Shown here: one piece after another, positions 45,276-55,637 of the stretch | How the letters are laid out: the number at the start of each line of letters is the position of its first letter | Position numbering within the stretch: position 1 is the first letter of the stretch | Virus record (IMG/VR): IMGVR_UViG_3300003323_000724 | Location: 39,940-103,939 of that record | DNA: 64,000 nucleotides | Source of the DNA: a virus | Direction: 5' to 3' (one strand) | The notes under the pieces: generated by a model | What the model saw: only the letters and a program-made list of their open reading frames with translations | What the model was told of the DNA's origin: nothing | The model's database searches: none | Program-made: the position numbers and the translations under genes

Positions 45276-46316
45276 ATGAGTTCCGGACCGCCCCCAGCCA
45301 ACCCGAACCAACAGAACCCGGGACCGGCGTCCAACGGTGGGGAACTGTCCGCCGTCATTGGGGAACTCAAACAGTTAGTCGATCTGCAAAAATCCTCAAT
45401 CGGACTACAACAAGCTAGTTACAAACTGCTTGTGAGTAACCAGCAATCCGGTTCCTACGCTCCTAGCCAACAGAGCACCGATGATCGCGGGTTCCCGATT
45501 CGGAACCGGGGGATCGAGGGGCTTCTTCGTCGGTCCGCCTTGGGACTGGACACGACAAAGCGAAGTGCCAAAGCCGTTGCATCTTCAATCGGCAAAGCAA
45601 CCGCATTCGCCACCGAACCAATTCGCAAGTCTAAAGCATTTCAGTGGGCTGGACACGAAGCAGGAGTTATTGGAGGAAAGATCGGCCGACAGCTCAAGAA
45701 ATTACCCGGTGCTCAAACCGTAGCCAAGTACGCAAAAAGGGGAGCGGGAGCGGTAGGTACTGCGGGACGGGCCGTTGGTGACCTTGCGATGGGGTTTATC
45801 AAAGCAAGGGACGCGGTGGAAGAGTGGACCGAAGCGTCTCTCAAGTCAGCCAAGCAGCTTTCAGCGATGTCAGGTGCGATGGCCGGAGTGATGGCCGAAA
45901 AGATGGTGTACGACCTAAAACGGGATCAGCTTAAGGGGCAACAAACCGCTGGAACCACTCGGGGTTTGGTTCAAGCTGAAAACGAGCGTAAGAAGTCCGA
46001 AGATCGAATCGATGTGGTGTGGACCAATATCAAGAACAAGGGACTGGAATGGGGCAACATCCTCGTTTCTAAAATTATCAATCCGTTCGCGGCAGCCGTT
46101 GAAAAGGCCAACCGCCTTCTTGGGCTGGACAAACTCGGGAGCGACGGTGACCCCAACGCTTATGGGTTGGGTAGCATGGAAAAGCAAATCATGGACTGGA
46201 ACAACGCGATCGATAAACGCGGCCAGAACCTTATGGACATTGCCCGACAAGCCGGTTCGACCGGTCTCCGGCCCCAAGGTCAAATGCCCCCCGGACCGAT
46301 GGGAGGGCGTCCGTAA
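45276..46316 (+). CDS. short tape measure-like protein
   Basis: Ala/Gly/Lys-rich helical protein directly after the chaperone. Confidence 0.6.
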   Translation: MSSGPPPANPNQQNPGPASNGGELSAVIGELKQLVDLQKSSIGLQQASYKLLVSNQQSGSYAPSQQSTDDRGFPIRNRGIEGLLRRSALGLDTTKRSAKAVASSIGKATAFATEPIRKSKAFQWAGHEAGVIGGKIGRQLKKLPGAQTVAKYAKRGAGAVGTAGRAVGDLAMGFIKARDAVEEWTEASLKSAKQLSAMSGAMAGVMAEKMVYDLKRDQLKGQQTAGTTRGLVQAENERKKSEDRIDVVWTNIKNKGLEWGNILVSKIINPFAAAVEKANRLLGLDKLGSDGDPNAYGLGSMEKQIMDWNNAIDKRGQNLMDIARQAGSTGLRPQGQMPPGPMGGRP

Positions 46317-48208
46317 TGGCTGCCGGCTACTACTACAACGGACTATACCTTCAACACTGCCAGACTTTAGAGTTTAACTGGCGTCCGGTTTACGATCCCA
46401 GTAACACGGACGTGATCTATTTTGAGTACACGATTCGGGTCAAGGGGTTTCTCACTACCGGAGCAAATTCCTTCCCCGGAGTTGCCGGATTTCCCATTTC
46501 GTCCGCCGCCACACTGACTTCAATCAAGACCCTTCTGGAATCCCCCCGCCGTGCGATGTTTTACAACATCGGCGGCACGAACATGATTCAGATTCTTCCG
46601 GGTCAGATTGACGACAAGAACGGCCCGGAACCGCTTCCCGCTGTTGTAAGGGAGCCAAGTTCCGGAACTTTCATGGTGGAGTGCGGGTGTATCGTTCGAT
46701 CCGCGAACTGCACTCCGTACTGCAACTCCGGACTTCCCGTTGTTTCCCTGCGGTGGGGCCAAACGGAGACGTTCGATCAGAACTGGAACTCGACGTTGCA
46801 CACGGAAGGAGATTTGATCGTCAAATCCAGCCTCCTACGATGTGCAGACATCTACCGCCCCCTCTGCACACCTCCGCTCCTGAACGACTATATTCGCACC
46901 GAATCTCGATACACGCTCTCCCCCGACGGACTTTCTCTGAAGTTCAATTTCACCGACCGCGAAGTGGATCGCCTCCCGCCGTTCCCGGCCACAACAGCAG
47001 CCGGATCGTACACGGTGATCGCGACCCAGCAATCAGCCGGGATGGTTCGTACCGGGATCGTCAGCTTGGAACTGACCGGACAGAAGGGGACCAACCGTCG
47101 CGATCTGATGGTAAAAGCCCTTGCGATGGCCTATTCCAAGATCCGCTCGGACGTAAGCATTCTGTCCGAACCGAACTGGTCCCCGATCTACTTTGGTGAG
47201 TTTACGGAAGACTTGTTTGAGCCGAAAGTTACGATCAAGATGGGTTCCCGCCTCACCAACCTGGACCAAAACGGGTTCGCCGGGGATCTTACGAATTTGA
47301 CCCAACAGCCCCCCATCATGCCCTCCGTTGGAGGATTTACGGAAGGGCTGAAGTCCAACCAACCCGGGATCGCCCCTCCTGACCGGAAACGGATCGCGTC
47401 TCTTTTTGCTGCCGCGTTTCGCGATCCGTGCGCGTGTAACTTGGCGAACGCCTCGCTGACCAGTCCATCACAGCCCAGTTCGTTTGAAAAAAACGTCACA
47501 ATGACCAATACATCACGATCTGCTGTGGCCGTGGTGGAACTTGGAACCCAAAGACAAACTTCACGGCTCATTCGGGATTACGCTCCCTATGACACGTACC
47601 ACATCGAATTGCAAACCGACTATCAAACTGGCATGATCCAAATGCCGGCTACCGGTTTGGGGCCGGATGGGGCCGTTTCATCTGTAGTTCAAACGCACGG
47701 TGGGATGATGCAGTACACCGTAACGTGGGTTGCGGGACGCACCGGTTCTCCACCACAGTTGCCCCCGTTCCAGAGCCTTAATCCAAATTACGTGGGGATA
47801 GATAGCCGAATCGTTGCTAAAGACGCGGTTCCGTCTCCGGACGGAACCGCCCTCTCGTACTTGATTGCCGGGTATTACAGGTACGCAGTTTTGAACCCAA
47901 ACCAACACCAAATATCGGCCGCGTCCGCTCCCTACTTGACTGATCTGGTTCGGTCCGGGGCTTCACTAATTGCTCAATATTGGCTCAACTTCATTCCGGG
48001 AACTGGACTCGGGACGGCCGATTTGCGAGCCAATCCCAATGTAACCAATGGAATTAATGTTGGGGGACAGCCCCAATTCCCGACCGGGTTCCAGTCTGCT
48101 TCGGTTCCCACGGGGGGCAATTCGAGTCAACAGCAGTCGCTTACTTCACAACAGAACAACAGCAATACGACAGGTGGCGGATTCGCATACCCTCCGGTCA
48201 ATCCATAA
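46316..48208 (+). CDS. virion tail protein (distal tail/hub-like)
   Basis: follows tape measure, TAATG coupling, beta-rich. Confidence 0.55.
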   Translation: MAAGYYYNGLYLQHCQTLEFNWRPVYDPSNTDVIYFEYTIRVKGFLTTGANSFPGVAGFPISSAATLTSIKTLLESPRRAMFYNIGGTNMIQILPGQIDDKNGPEPLPAVVREPSSGTFMVECGCIVRSANCTPYCNSGLPVVSLRWGQTETFDQNWNSTLHTEGDLIVKSSLLRCADIYRPLCTPPLLNDYIRTESRYTLSPDGLSLKFNFTDREVDRLPPFPATTAAGSYTVIATQQSAGMVRTGIVSLELTGQKGTNRRDLMVKALAMAYSKIRSDVSILSEPNWSPIYFGEFTEDLFEPKVTIKMGSRLTNLDQNGFAGDLTNLTQQPPIMPSVGGFTEGLKSNQPGIAPPDRKRIASLFAAAFRDPCACNLANASLTSPSQPSSFEKNVTMTNTSRSAVAVVELGTQRQTSRLIRDYAPYDTYHIELQTDYQTGMIQMPATGLGPDGAVSSVVQTHGGMMQYTVTWVAGRTGSPPQLPPFQSLNPNYVGIDSRIVAKDAVPSPDGTALSYLIAGYYRYAVLNPNQHQISAASAPYLTDLVRSGASLIAQYWLNFIPGTGLGTADLRANPNVTNGINVGGQPQFPTGFQSASVPTGGNSSQQQSLTSQQNNSNTTGGGFAYPPVNP

Positions 48209-48217
48209 GTTAAATCC

Positions 48218-48514
48218 TTGATTTATGGGGTTCTAGTCATGATCCAAGGAAAGTTTCGACTGTTCCAAATCGAGAGTGACCTGAACGACGATTGGCGAAT
48301 GGTGGACCGGTACAAGGGGAGCATGATCGCCTACGCTCCCGGCCAACCCACCGAAGAAGAGTGGCTGGATTTCCTCGCGGACAAGATCGAATACCTCGAT
48401 CCGGGACCAGAAGTCCGGGAACACATCCGATTCGCGGTAAACTCCTTGGGCGAAGACTGTTATCGAGTTACAATCGATTTTGAAATCGTTGAACGAGATA
48501 CGGAGGCGGCGTAA
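48218..48514 (+). CDS. hypothetical protein
   Basis: operon position. Confidence 0.45.
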   Translation: MIYGVLVMIQGKFRLFQIESDLNDDWRMVDRYKGSMIAYAPGQPTEEEWLDFLADKIEYLDPGPEVREHIRFAVNSLGEDCYRVTIDFEIVERDTEAA

Positions 48515-49914
48515 TGGCCCTGACATGGACCGGTGTTGGAGGGTTATTTACCCGGATCGGCCGAATACTCAAAATTGGGTATGACTTGACTCAATACCAG
48601 AAGACCCTCCCGGCTCAATACGACGATATCAACGATCAGTTTTTGGCTGATCTGCAATTCATTGGTGGTGGTGTCACTACACAAGCCAACGGTCTCGTCC
48701 GGGCCTCTTCCGGTGAAATGGCCTTTGCGTCTAACACGGCGTCCCAAGTTGTTATTGAAATGGTCCAGCAGGATCAGGGAAGCCAGTCGATTTCTCTGCA
48801 AGTAGCAATGCAGGAAGTGATCCGACAAATGATCGTAGCGTCTCAAACGGTCAAGGCTGCGACTGTTACCACTGTTGCTTCCACTCTAACCGGGTTTGTC
48901 GGGAATGGTGTTGTTGTCCTCTCGACCAAACGGGGCGACGGACTGATTCAAGAAAACATCATTCCCGAAACGTTACGACTTGCGTGCATTGCCGACAGCT
49001 ACACCGGAAACACCACTCGGGGACAAGAACAGTTCAATCTCGGGGGCGAACCAATCACCTACAACACCGTATGGGACTACGATTATCCGTCCGGTTCGGC
49101 TGCTTCTACTCAAGTGGCCGCAATCAGTTCCGCTACCGACGGGAATGGCCAGACCAACATCCTGACCAACGGAGACTTCGAGGTGTGGACCCCAACAACT
49201 CCCGACGCACCGACCAACACTCTCGATAACTGGACCCTCGCGTCCCCTGCAGCGTGGGGGACGGATATCGAACAGAACACTACGAATCCGAATCAGGGTA
49301 CGTACTGCGTTCAGTTCCTTCCCGGGACGGGGGTGAACACAACCCTGTACCAAGTGTTCAACGATCCGGTAACGGGAACCCTGACGACCCCGGCCGGGCT
49401 AACTTCCTACGCGGTCAATTTATGGCTCAGGAAGCTCTCAGGAACGATTTCAGCGGGCGTGTTGCAGGTTGCCCTCACCGATGGCTCCGGAACGGTCCTG
49501 AACGACGCACAGGGCGTTGCAAACAGCTTCACCGTCACCCTCTCGACTTTGGGGACCGTCTACACAGCCTACAACGGGGTGTTTCGACTGAACGCCACCC
49601 CCCCTTCTACGATTTGGCTCCGGTTGCGGTTAACCACTCCTCTTGTCGGTGCGTCGTTCCTCGCGGACGACATTTGCATGGCTCCTCTAACGGCCATGTA
49701 TGCAGGTGGTCCGGGATTCGCCGTATTTTCTGGAGCGACTTCGTTCGTACAAAAAGATGCATGGAACATAGTGGACGCCAATGATTACGGAACCGCTACT
49801 GATTTGGGGTCGTTCCAAATAGGTTTTGAACGACTTTTTTCTTTATCTAGTATGGGACTATTACTTCCAAGTTCTGGTTCACCTACGATTTCTGACGCTT
49901 TGATTACCGCTTGA
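48514..49914 (+). CDS. virion protein with CBM-like jelly-roll domain
   Basis: NILTNGDFEVW...W...YAVNLW...DDI. Confidence 0.55.
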   Translation: MALTWTGVGGLFTRIGRILKIGYDLTQYQKTLPAQYDDINDQFLADLQFIGGGVTTQANGLVRASSGEMAFASNTASQVVIEMVQQDQGSQSISLQVAMQEVIRQMIVASQTVKAATVTTVASTLTGFVGNGVVVLSTKRGDGLIQENIIPETLRLACIADSYTGNTTRGQEQFNLGGEPITYNTVWDYDYPSGSAASTQVAAISSATDGNGQTNILTNGDFEVWTPTTPDAPTNTLDNWTLASPAAWGTDIEQNTTNPNQGTYCVQFLPGTGVNTTLYQVFNDPVTGTLTTPAGLTSYAVNLWLRKLSGTISAGVLQVALTDGSGTVLNDAQGVANSFTVTLSTLGTVYTAYNGVFRLNATPPSTIWLRLRLTTPLVGASFLADDICMAPLTAMYAGGPGFAVFSGATSFVQKDAWNIVDANDYGTATDLGSFQIGFERLFSLSSMGLLLPSSGSPTISDALITA

Positions 49915-49930
49915 TTATTGGAGTTCATCC

Positions 49931-50803
49931 GTGGCCGACAACTTTCCCGTAACACCGGCGACATCCTCCCCGATGCGGGACGTGGCCACCGATCAGGTTA
50001 CGTATAGCGGTGATTCTGCTGACGTGCAGCTCATCCGGTACGTGTTCGTTACTGGAGCCGAAGGGTCAAAGACTGTTATCGATCCCCCTGCTGGAGCCGG
50101 AGCAACGACCAGCGGGACGCCACGAACTGTCACCGCTTCTGATTCACCCGAAGTGACGGCACTCGCCAGTGTAGTCACCAACACCGGTGACGCACTCACC
50201 CGCATCGGGGAAGTTAGTTCCAATCCAACGTCTAATACGATCCTCGATCGACTGCTTCAGATTCAGGTACTTTTGGGCAACGCGACGACGATTCAGAGTG
50301 AATACTTTGCGGCCCTCCCGACACTGACCAACGGACAACTTTCCCCACCGGCTCTTGATGTTAACAGCGTTCTTTACACAAATCCGGGAGCACTGAGTTA
50401 CACAACGGACAGTGTTTCGTCCTACGCAACGGCCCGAACGAGTGGCGGAACCAGTATCAGCAAGCTAATCACGGCCGCAACTACTAATGCAACTGTAGTC
50501 AAGGCGAGTGCAGGACAGCGTTACCGTGTTGTGTGCTCGAATCTCAATACATCTGAAGCCCGGTACGTTCACTTTTGTAACTCATCATCGACTCCAGTCG
50601 CGGGCACAACAGCCGTTGTCGACACGATTGTGGTTCCGGCCGCGTCCTCTTCGATCCTCCCAACTGTGATGGGCTTCAGTGACGGAATCGGTGTCGCGTT
50701 CTCTACCGGCATCAGCTATTACGTGACTAAAGGTGTTCTCGACAGCGATGCAACGGCACTCACGACCGCGAACGACATGGTTATTACCGTGGAGTGGTTC
50801 TAA
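49931..50803 (+). CDS. Thr/Ser-rich virion protein
   Basis: AATTNATVVKASAG...F..GI.FSTGISY motif typical of small phage fibre proteins. Confidence 0.55.
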   Translation: MADNFPVTPATSSPMRDVATDQVTYSGDSADVQLIRYVFVTGAEGSKTVIDPPAGAGATTSGTPRTVTASDSPEVTALASVVTNTGDALTRIGEVSSNPTSNTILDRLLQIQVLLGNATTIQSEYFAALPTLTNGQLSPPALDVNSVLYTNPGALSYTTDSVSSYATARTSGGTSISKLITAATTNATVVKASAGQRYRVVCSNLNTSEARYVHFCNSSSTPVAGTTAVVDTIVVPAASSSILPTVMGFSDGIGVAFSTGISYYVTKGVLDSDATALTTANDMVITVEWF

Positions 50804-53800
50804 TGGCGGACCGCACGGAAGTGTCTCGGGGACTCGTCACTCGAACCTACGTTAATCGCACTTACGTCAATCGGGGATACGGTCTCCCGGTCCGTCCCCT
50901 TCCGCCCATAAATCTGTCCGGAATCCCCTCCACAAACTCCGTACAAGTTACGTGGACCGATACCAATTCTGGGGCCATTGCGTATCGAGTAGAAGTCTCC
51001 CTCGATGGGGTGAGCTACTCTACTAGCGGAACCACCGAAGTCGGCGGGACGTTCTTCGTTGTTGGAAACCTCCAACCGGCTACTGATTATTACTTCCGAG
51101 TCTATGCTTTCGCCCTCGTGGATTCGGCAACGGCCCCTGTTGCTCAAATCACAACGTCGAGTCTTCCCCAGATCCCACCTGGAACGCCAATCGGATTGAA
51201 CGCTCTTGTCCTATCGAGCGAACGGATTGATTTGGGGTGGACCCCGGCCGATCAACTGGATCAGGGGTTCCAAGTTCAGATTTCGCTCGATAGTTCTAAT
51301 TGGACCACGATTACTAATCCCCTAACCGCTCCGCACGCGGTGTCATTCTCCGCGACTGGACTGGCTACCGGAACTCTTTATTATTTCCGCGTTGCGGGAG
51401 TCAATACTTTTGGATCGTCGGCCTACAGCGCTCCAATTTCTGCTACTACTCAATCCCCCGCACAAGCCCCGAACGCTCCCACGAATTTGACCGTTTCTCT
51501 TCCATCGGGTGGGGCAGCGGCTTCTCAACTGAATTTGTCTTGGGTCCGAAACAGCACCAACGAGACCGGATTCAAAATCGAACGGTCTCCGAACGGGGTG
51601 GGGAGCTGGGTCCAAATTGACATTGCGGCAGCGGGGAGCACGACATACCAGAATACCGGACTGGCGTCTTCTACCACGTACTACTACCGCATCCGAGCCA
51701 CCAACACGTTTGGTGATTCGGCCTACACTCCCGTTCGGTCCGGAACCACACAGTCTGGTGGTAGTACCGCTCCCACGGCTCCGACACTAAATCAGCCCAC
51801 GTCCCCGAGCGCAACACAGATCACTCTCGTTTGGGTGTCGAATGCCACTAACACAGATTCCTACACCGTGTATCGGGGGGTTGCCTCTACCAACATGGTG
51901 GCGATTCAGACCGGAATTACTCCGGACATTCTGACCTACACGGACAACAACGCGGGACCAGCGGGAACTTACTGGTACTACGCGGTTGCGGCTGTGAACG
52001 GGTTCGGTGAAGGTCGATCGGCGAACCGCTACGTTCAGTCCAAACCCAATGCCCCTGCTGCTCCCCCTCAAACTCTTACCTCAACAACAATCTCGCCGTA
52101 CACCGTCCGTCTCGATATTCCCACAAACGCGGCCCCGACCGCTATATTCTCGACGTGGCAGTGGTCAACTGACGGGACAACGTGGCCCGCAGGGGACACA
52201 AATAATGTCTGGCCCAACGTTCCCCCTGCGTCTACCGATCGACAAACTCAAGGGTACTACAATACGTTCCAAGCGGTTTTCGGATCTGCTCCCCAACGGT
52301 ACTACGTCTCCGGATTGACCCCGGGACAGCAGTATTGGTTCCGGTTGGTAAACACCAATTCGGGAGCCGCTTCTGACCCGTCGAATGTGGTTGGACCGAT
52401 CACGATGCCGACCACGGCGTCAACAGTAACAGCCCCCACCGGAGTTAGTGGAACTGCACTAACGGCTGTAACAGCCGTTGTCCAATGGACCCTTCAATCG
52501 ACTCGATTGGAAACGGGAATTCTCGTTGAACGGTCGGCGGATGCTGGAAGCACTTGGCAGGTTGCGGCCGGTAATATGTTTGCCGGGTCATCGTACTTGG
52601 TTGATTCCGGATTGATTCCCGGCGCAACGTACAGATGGCGAGTTACTTCGTTTACCGGAAGAACCCAAACCGGATACCAAACTTACAGCTACGTCAGTTC
52701 CGCAACCTCAACATCTTCTAGTGGAATCATACTGAGTGGAACATCCGGCTCCGCTCCAACGACTCCGTCACTCTTAACTGCATCGGCCTACGATGACACA
52801 CGGGTAAGTCTCGAATGGCAATTGAACGCGGAGGATGAACTAGGAACGTCCGTTGAAATTTCCACCAACGGGGGATCGAGTTGGAATCAGATTACCACTG
52901 TGGGTAAGTGGGTTTGGTCCTGTTACGTCACCGGATTGGTAGCGTCCACCAGTTATCAGTTCCGCATCCGCACCTTCAATGCAGGGGGCTATTCTTCTTA
53001 CACATCTGCCGTTACCGTTTCGACCCTCGCCGCTGGTCACAATTACACAGGTGACTTGGCTCTTGCTTCTGTCCCGGCCACGATTGGGATTACCCCCCAA
53101 CGGCTTGCCACCTATCGGCAGATGCAGATCGATTACAATAACGGCAGTCCGATCAACTACGGTGGAACCCTCTACGCGATCATTAAAACTCGTGCGGACA
53201 ACACCTTGGCTTTCATGCAATCCGGAAACACAGCCGGATTGGGGTACCTCGATGCCTGGGGCGATGTGGGTTGGTACGCAGCTTTGATGTACCAACTTAC
53301 CGGAGCAACCGCTTATGCCCAAGCTGCCTACACGATGCTAATCACAAATCCGGCAGGGGTGTCGAGCACTTACGGGGGCCAAATCACGGTCCGACCCGTC
53401 TACTTGCTTCGTGGCTCCCCTGCGTTCAATTATGTTTCTGCTTGCACCCAGCAAGTTCAGATGATTTACGACTGGTGTCGGGGCGCGTGGACCTCAGACC
53501 AACAAGCTGTAGTCCAGAGTGGCATCGAAGCGTGGATCGCATACGCAAACGGCTGGAACCAAAAGCAGTACACGGGGGGGATGCGGCTCGGTCCGGCTCA
53601 GGAAACTAACATCAACTCGTTCGGGTGGGCGTATTACGCGGCTGCTGTGTGGGATGTATTGAACTACTCCACTACGGCAGGCACATGGACTCTTCAGAGC
53701 CAGTTTATTCCCTACGGAGGCATCCAACCGTCTTACTCTACCCAAACCGGCCCCACCAGCGATTGTACTACGTACTGCAATGAAAGCATGGGCACATGGG

Positions 53801-55635
53801 CGTACCAACGATCCGACGGAGAAGGGGCCGAATCTACAGAGTACGACGATAAGACTGCCGTGTCATTTGCTTGTAACGTTGAACTGATCCGTCAGTCCCG
53901 GTCAGTGAATGGAGACAACGTTGAGTACCACCCGGTGGCCCGTACCGGGGCACGGAAAAACGGGTTCGGGATCATGGCCCACTTCAGTTCCGACTTGCAG
54001 CAGATGTTCAAATTCGGGGACAACGGGAACCCCCACAGTTTTGGAAACAATGGGTTCATCCGGTCCACGATGCACCCAATTGGGCTGATCGCAAACGCTT
54101 CCCGAGGGAACGTTACAATCGGTCCCGTGGTTAATGGATTCGCACAAGAAATATTCAACAAGAACGGAGCAGCCCCTTGGGGCGGATCGAACACCCCTTA
54201 TTGGGGATGGTATTTGGGCGTCGATCCGTACATCACAACCGCCCCCCGGTCGACGTTGGCCAAGGGCCACGCGGCAATGGTACAGGGATTCGTGACGTAC
54301 CACACGGGGTACTCGAATAGTGACACTGCGTTCTACACGATGATGATCCGGAACAACTGGACGGACCACCAAGCGTACCAGTTTGGAAATTGGGGGCTGT
54401 ACCGAAAGGGCGAATGGGCAATTACTTACGCTAACGGATACGGCGGTCCTGGGATCTATTCGGATTGTGCCAACCAGCTCCAGTTGGGGGGATTTGGAAA
54501 CTTCGGTAACTTGTTCTGTACCCCGACAACCCAACGGGGCACACAACGGATTATCACATCAAAATTCAATACATCCCCGGACTTTACTTACGCTGTGGGA
54601 GAGACGTGGGGACCATTTTATGCGGTGGCTGCGATCTACGGCGGAACCCCGCCGACGTTCGTTCAGGAGTGGACCCGGAGCATTGTCCACATTCCGTCCT
54701 CTGATGCTCTGTCTGATACGGTAATCACATTTGATCGGGTTCTTGCGGCCAATCCCAATAACCTTCCCAACGGGGGCGGCACGGGAACCGGAATTGGATT
54801 TTATGCAACGTACCCTGCATCCGACTCTCTCGGAGACCGAACTCGGATCAATGGCAATCCGATATCGAACGTCCCCGACAGTGCAAACACGTCGGTTCCT
54901 AGCAGTCCCGGAACTCCGGCCCTTGTTCAATTCATTCAGCACTGCGCAACGGCTCCCACAATCAACGGGGGTGGAACTTCCGTCACTTGGACCACTTCCG
55001 GAGCGATCAACTACTCCGGCGTGAACAACCTCAAGTTGGTCCCACTGCTCCCAACAGGATCGACAGTAGCGACGTACACAGATTCGGTGATATTCTTTCC
55101 GCCTTACCGCAACAACATTGCCGGGAGTGCGACCCTTCCAACGGTCTCCAACGGAACCCCGTACTCACCAGAAGCCCGTTACCAAGTTCGCATTTGGCCC
55201 TCGACGGCGTGGCCCAACGACGCCAATAATTATTGGTATGTGTTCCTGAACGTTGTGTTCGCGACGGATATTTCGGGCGGTCCGACCACGAGTGCAATCA
55301 CTGTTCAGGACGGAACCGGAACAATTGCGGCCGGGACGCGGATTACCCGTACTTCACTGAACGATGTTGTGGTAATGTTCAGTCAAGTTCCATCCACCGG
55401 ATCGTGGCCCACAACGACGTTCAATCGGGTGCTCCAGTCTGGGTACACGTTTACTTGGACCGCAACGACGGCCACAACAAACGTAATTCTGTGTGATTTG
55501 AGTACGTCGAAGACTTGGACTTATACGATTGATGGCGGCGGATCGCAATCCTTGTCCGTTGACAGCTCGTCCGGCGTCGGTGTGATTGCGGTTACGGGAA
55601 CGGGAAGTCACACAATAGTCCTTACGGGAATTTGA
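50803..55635 (+). CDS. large fibre/receptor-binding protein: ~7 fibronectin type III repeats + alginate lyase/heparinase II-III-like domains
   Basis: repeated P.AP..L...W......F.IE.S..G..W...GL...T.Y.FRV.A.N..G.S.YS; AALMYQLTG..AYA..A; DHQ....GNWGLYRKGEW. Confidence 0.75.
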   Translation: MADRTEVSRGLVTRTYVNRTYVNRGYGLPVRPLPPINLSGIPSTNSVQVTWTDTNSGAIAYRVEVSLDGVSYSTSGTTEVGGTFFVVGNLQPATDYYFRVYAFALVDSATAPVAQITTSSLPQIPPGTPIGLNALVLSSERIDLGWTPADQLDQGFQVQISLDSSNWTTITNPLTAPHAVSFSATGLATGTLYYFRVAGVNTFGSSAYSAPISATTQSPAQAPNAPTNLTVSLPSGGAAASQLNLSWVRNSTNETGFKIERSPNGVGSWVQIDIAAAGSTTYQNTGLASSTTYYYRIRATNTFGDSAYTPVRSGTTQSGGSTAPTAPTLNQPTSPSATQITLVWVSNATNTDSYTVYRGVASTNMVAIQTGITPDILTYTDNNAGPAGTYWYYAVAAVNGFGEGRSANRYVQSKPNAPAAPPQTLTSTTISPYTVRLDIPTNAAPTAIFSTWQWSTDGTTWPAGDTNNVWPNVPPASTDRQTQGYYNTFQAVFGSAPQRYYVSGLTPGQQYWFRLVNTNSGAASDPSNVVGPITMPTTASTVTAPTGVSGTALTAVTAVVQWTLQSTRLETGILVERSADAGSTWQVAAGNMFAGSSYLVDSGLIPGATYRWRVTSFTGRTQTGYQTYSYVSSATSTSSSGIILSGTSGSAPTTPSLLTASAYDDTRVSLEWQLNAEDELGTSVEISTNGGSSWNQITTVGKWVWSCYVTGLVASTSYQFRIRTFNAGGYSSYTSAVTVSTLAAGHNYTGDLALASVPATIGITPQRLATYRQMQIDYNNGSPINYGGTLYAIIKTRADNTLAFMQSGNTAGLGYLDAWGDVGWYAALMYQLTGATAYAQAAYTMLITNPAGVSSTYGGQITVRPVYLLRGSPAFNYVSACTQQVQMIYDWCRGAWTSDQQAVVQSGIEAWIAYANGWNQKQYTGGMRLGPAQETNINSFGWAYYAAAVWDVLNYSTTAGTWTLQSQFIPYGGIQPSYSTQTGPTSDCTTYCNESMGTWAYQRSDGEGAESTEYDDKTAVSFACNVELIRQSRSVNGDNVEYHPVARTGARKNGFGIMAHFSSDLQQMFKFGDNGNPHSFGNNGFIRSTMHPIGLIANASRGNVTIGPVVNGFAQEIFNKNGAAPWGGSNTPYWGWYLGVDPYITTAPRSTLAKGHAAMVQGFVTYHTGYSNSDTAFYTMMIRNNWTDHQAYQFGNWGLYRKGEWAITYANGYGGPGIYSDCANQLQLGGFGNFGNLFCTPTTQRGTQRIITSKFNTSPDFTYAVGETWGPFYAVAAIYGGTPPTFVQEWTRSIVHIPSSDALSDTVITFDRVLAANPNNLPNGGGTGTGIGFYATYPASDSLGDRTRINGNPISNVPDSANTSVPSSPGTPALVQFIQHCATAPTINGGGTSVTWTTSGAINYSGVNNLKLVPLLPTGSTVATYTDSVIFFPPYRNNIAGSATLPTVSNGTPYSPEARYQVRIWPSTAWPNDANNYWYVFLNVVFATDISGGPTTSAITVQDGTGTIAAGTRITRTSLNDVVVMFSQVPSTGSWPTTTFNRVLQSGYTFTWTATTATTNVILCDLSTSKTWTYTIDGGGSQSLSVDSSSGVGVIAVTGTGSHTIVLTGI

Positions 55636-55637
55636 GA

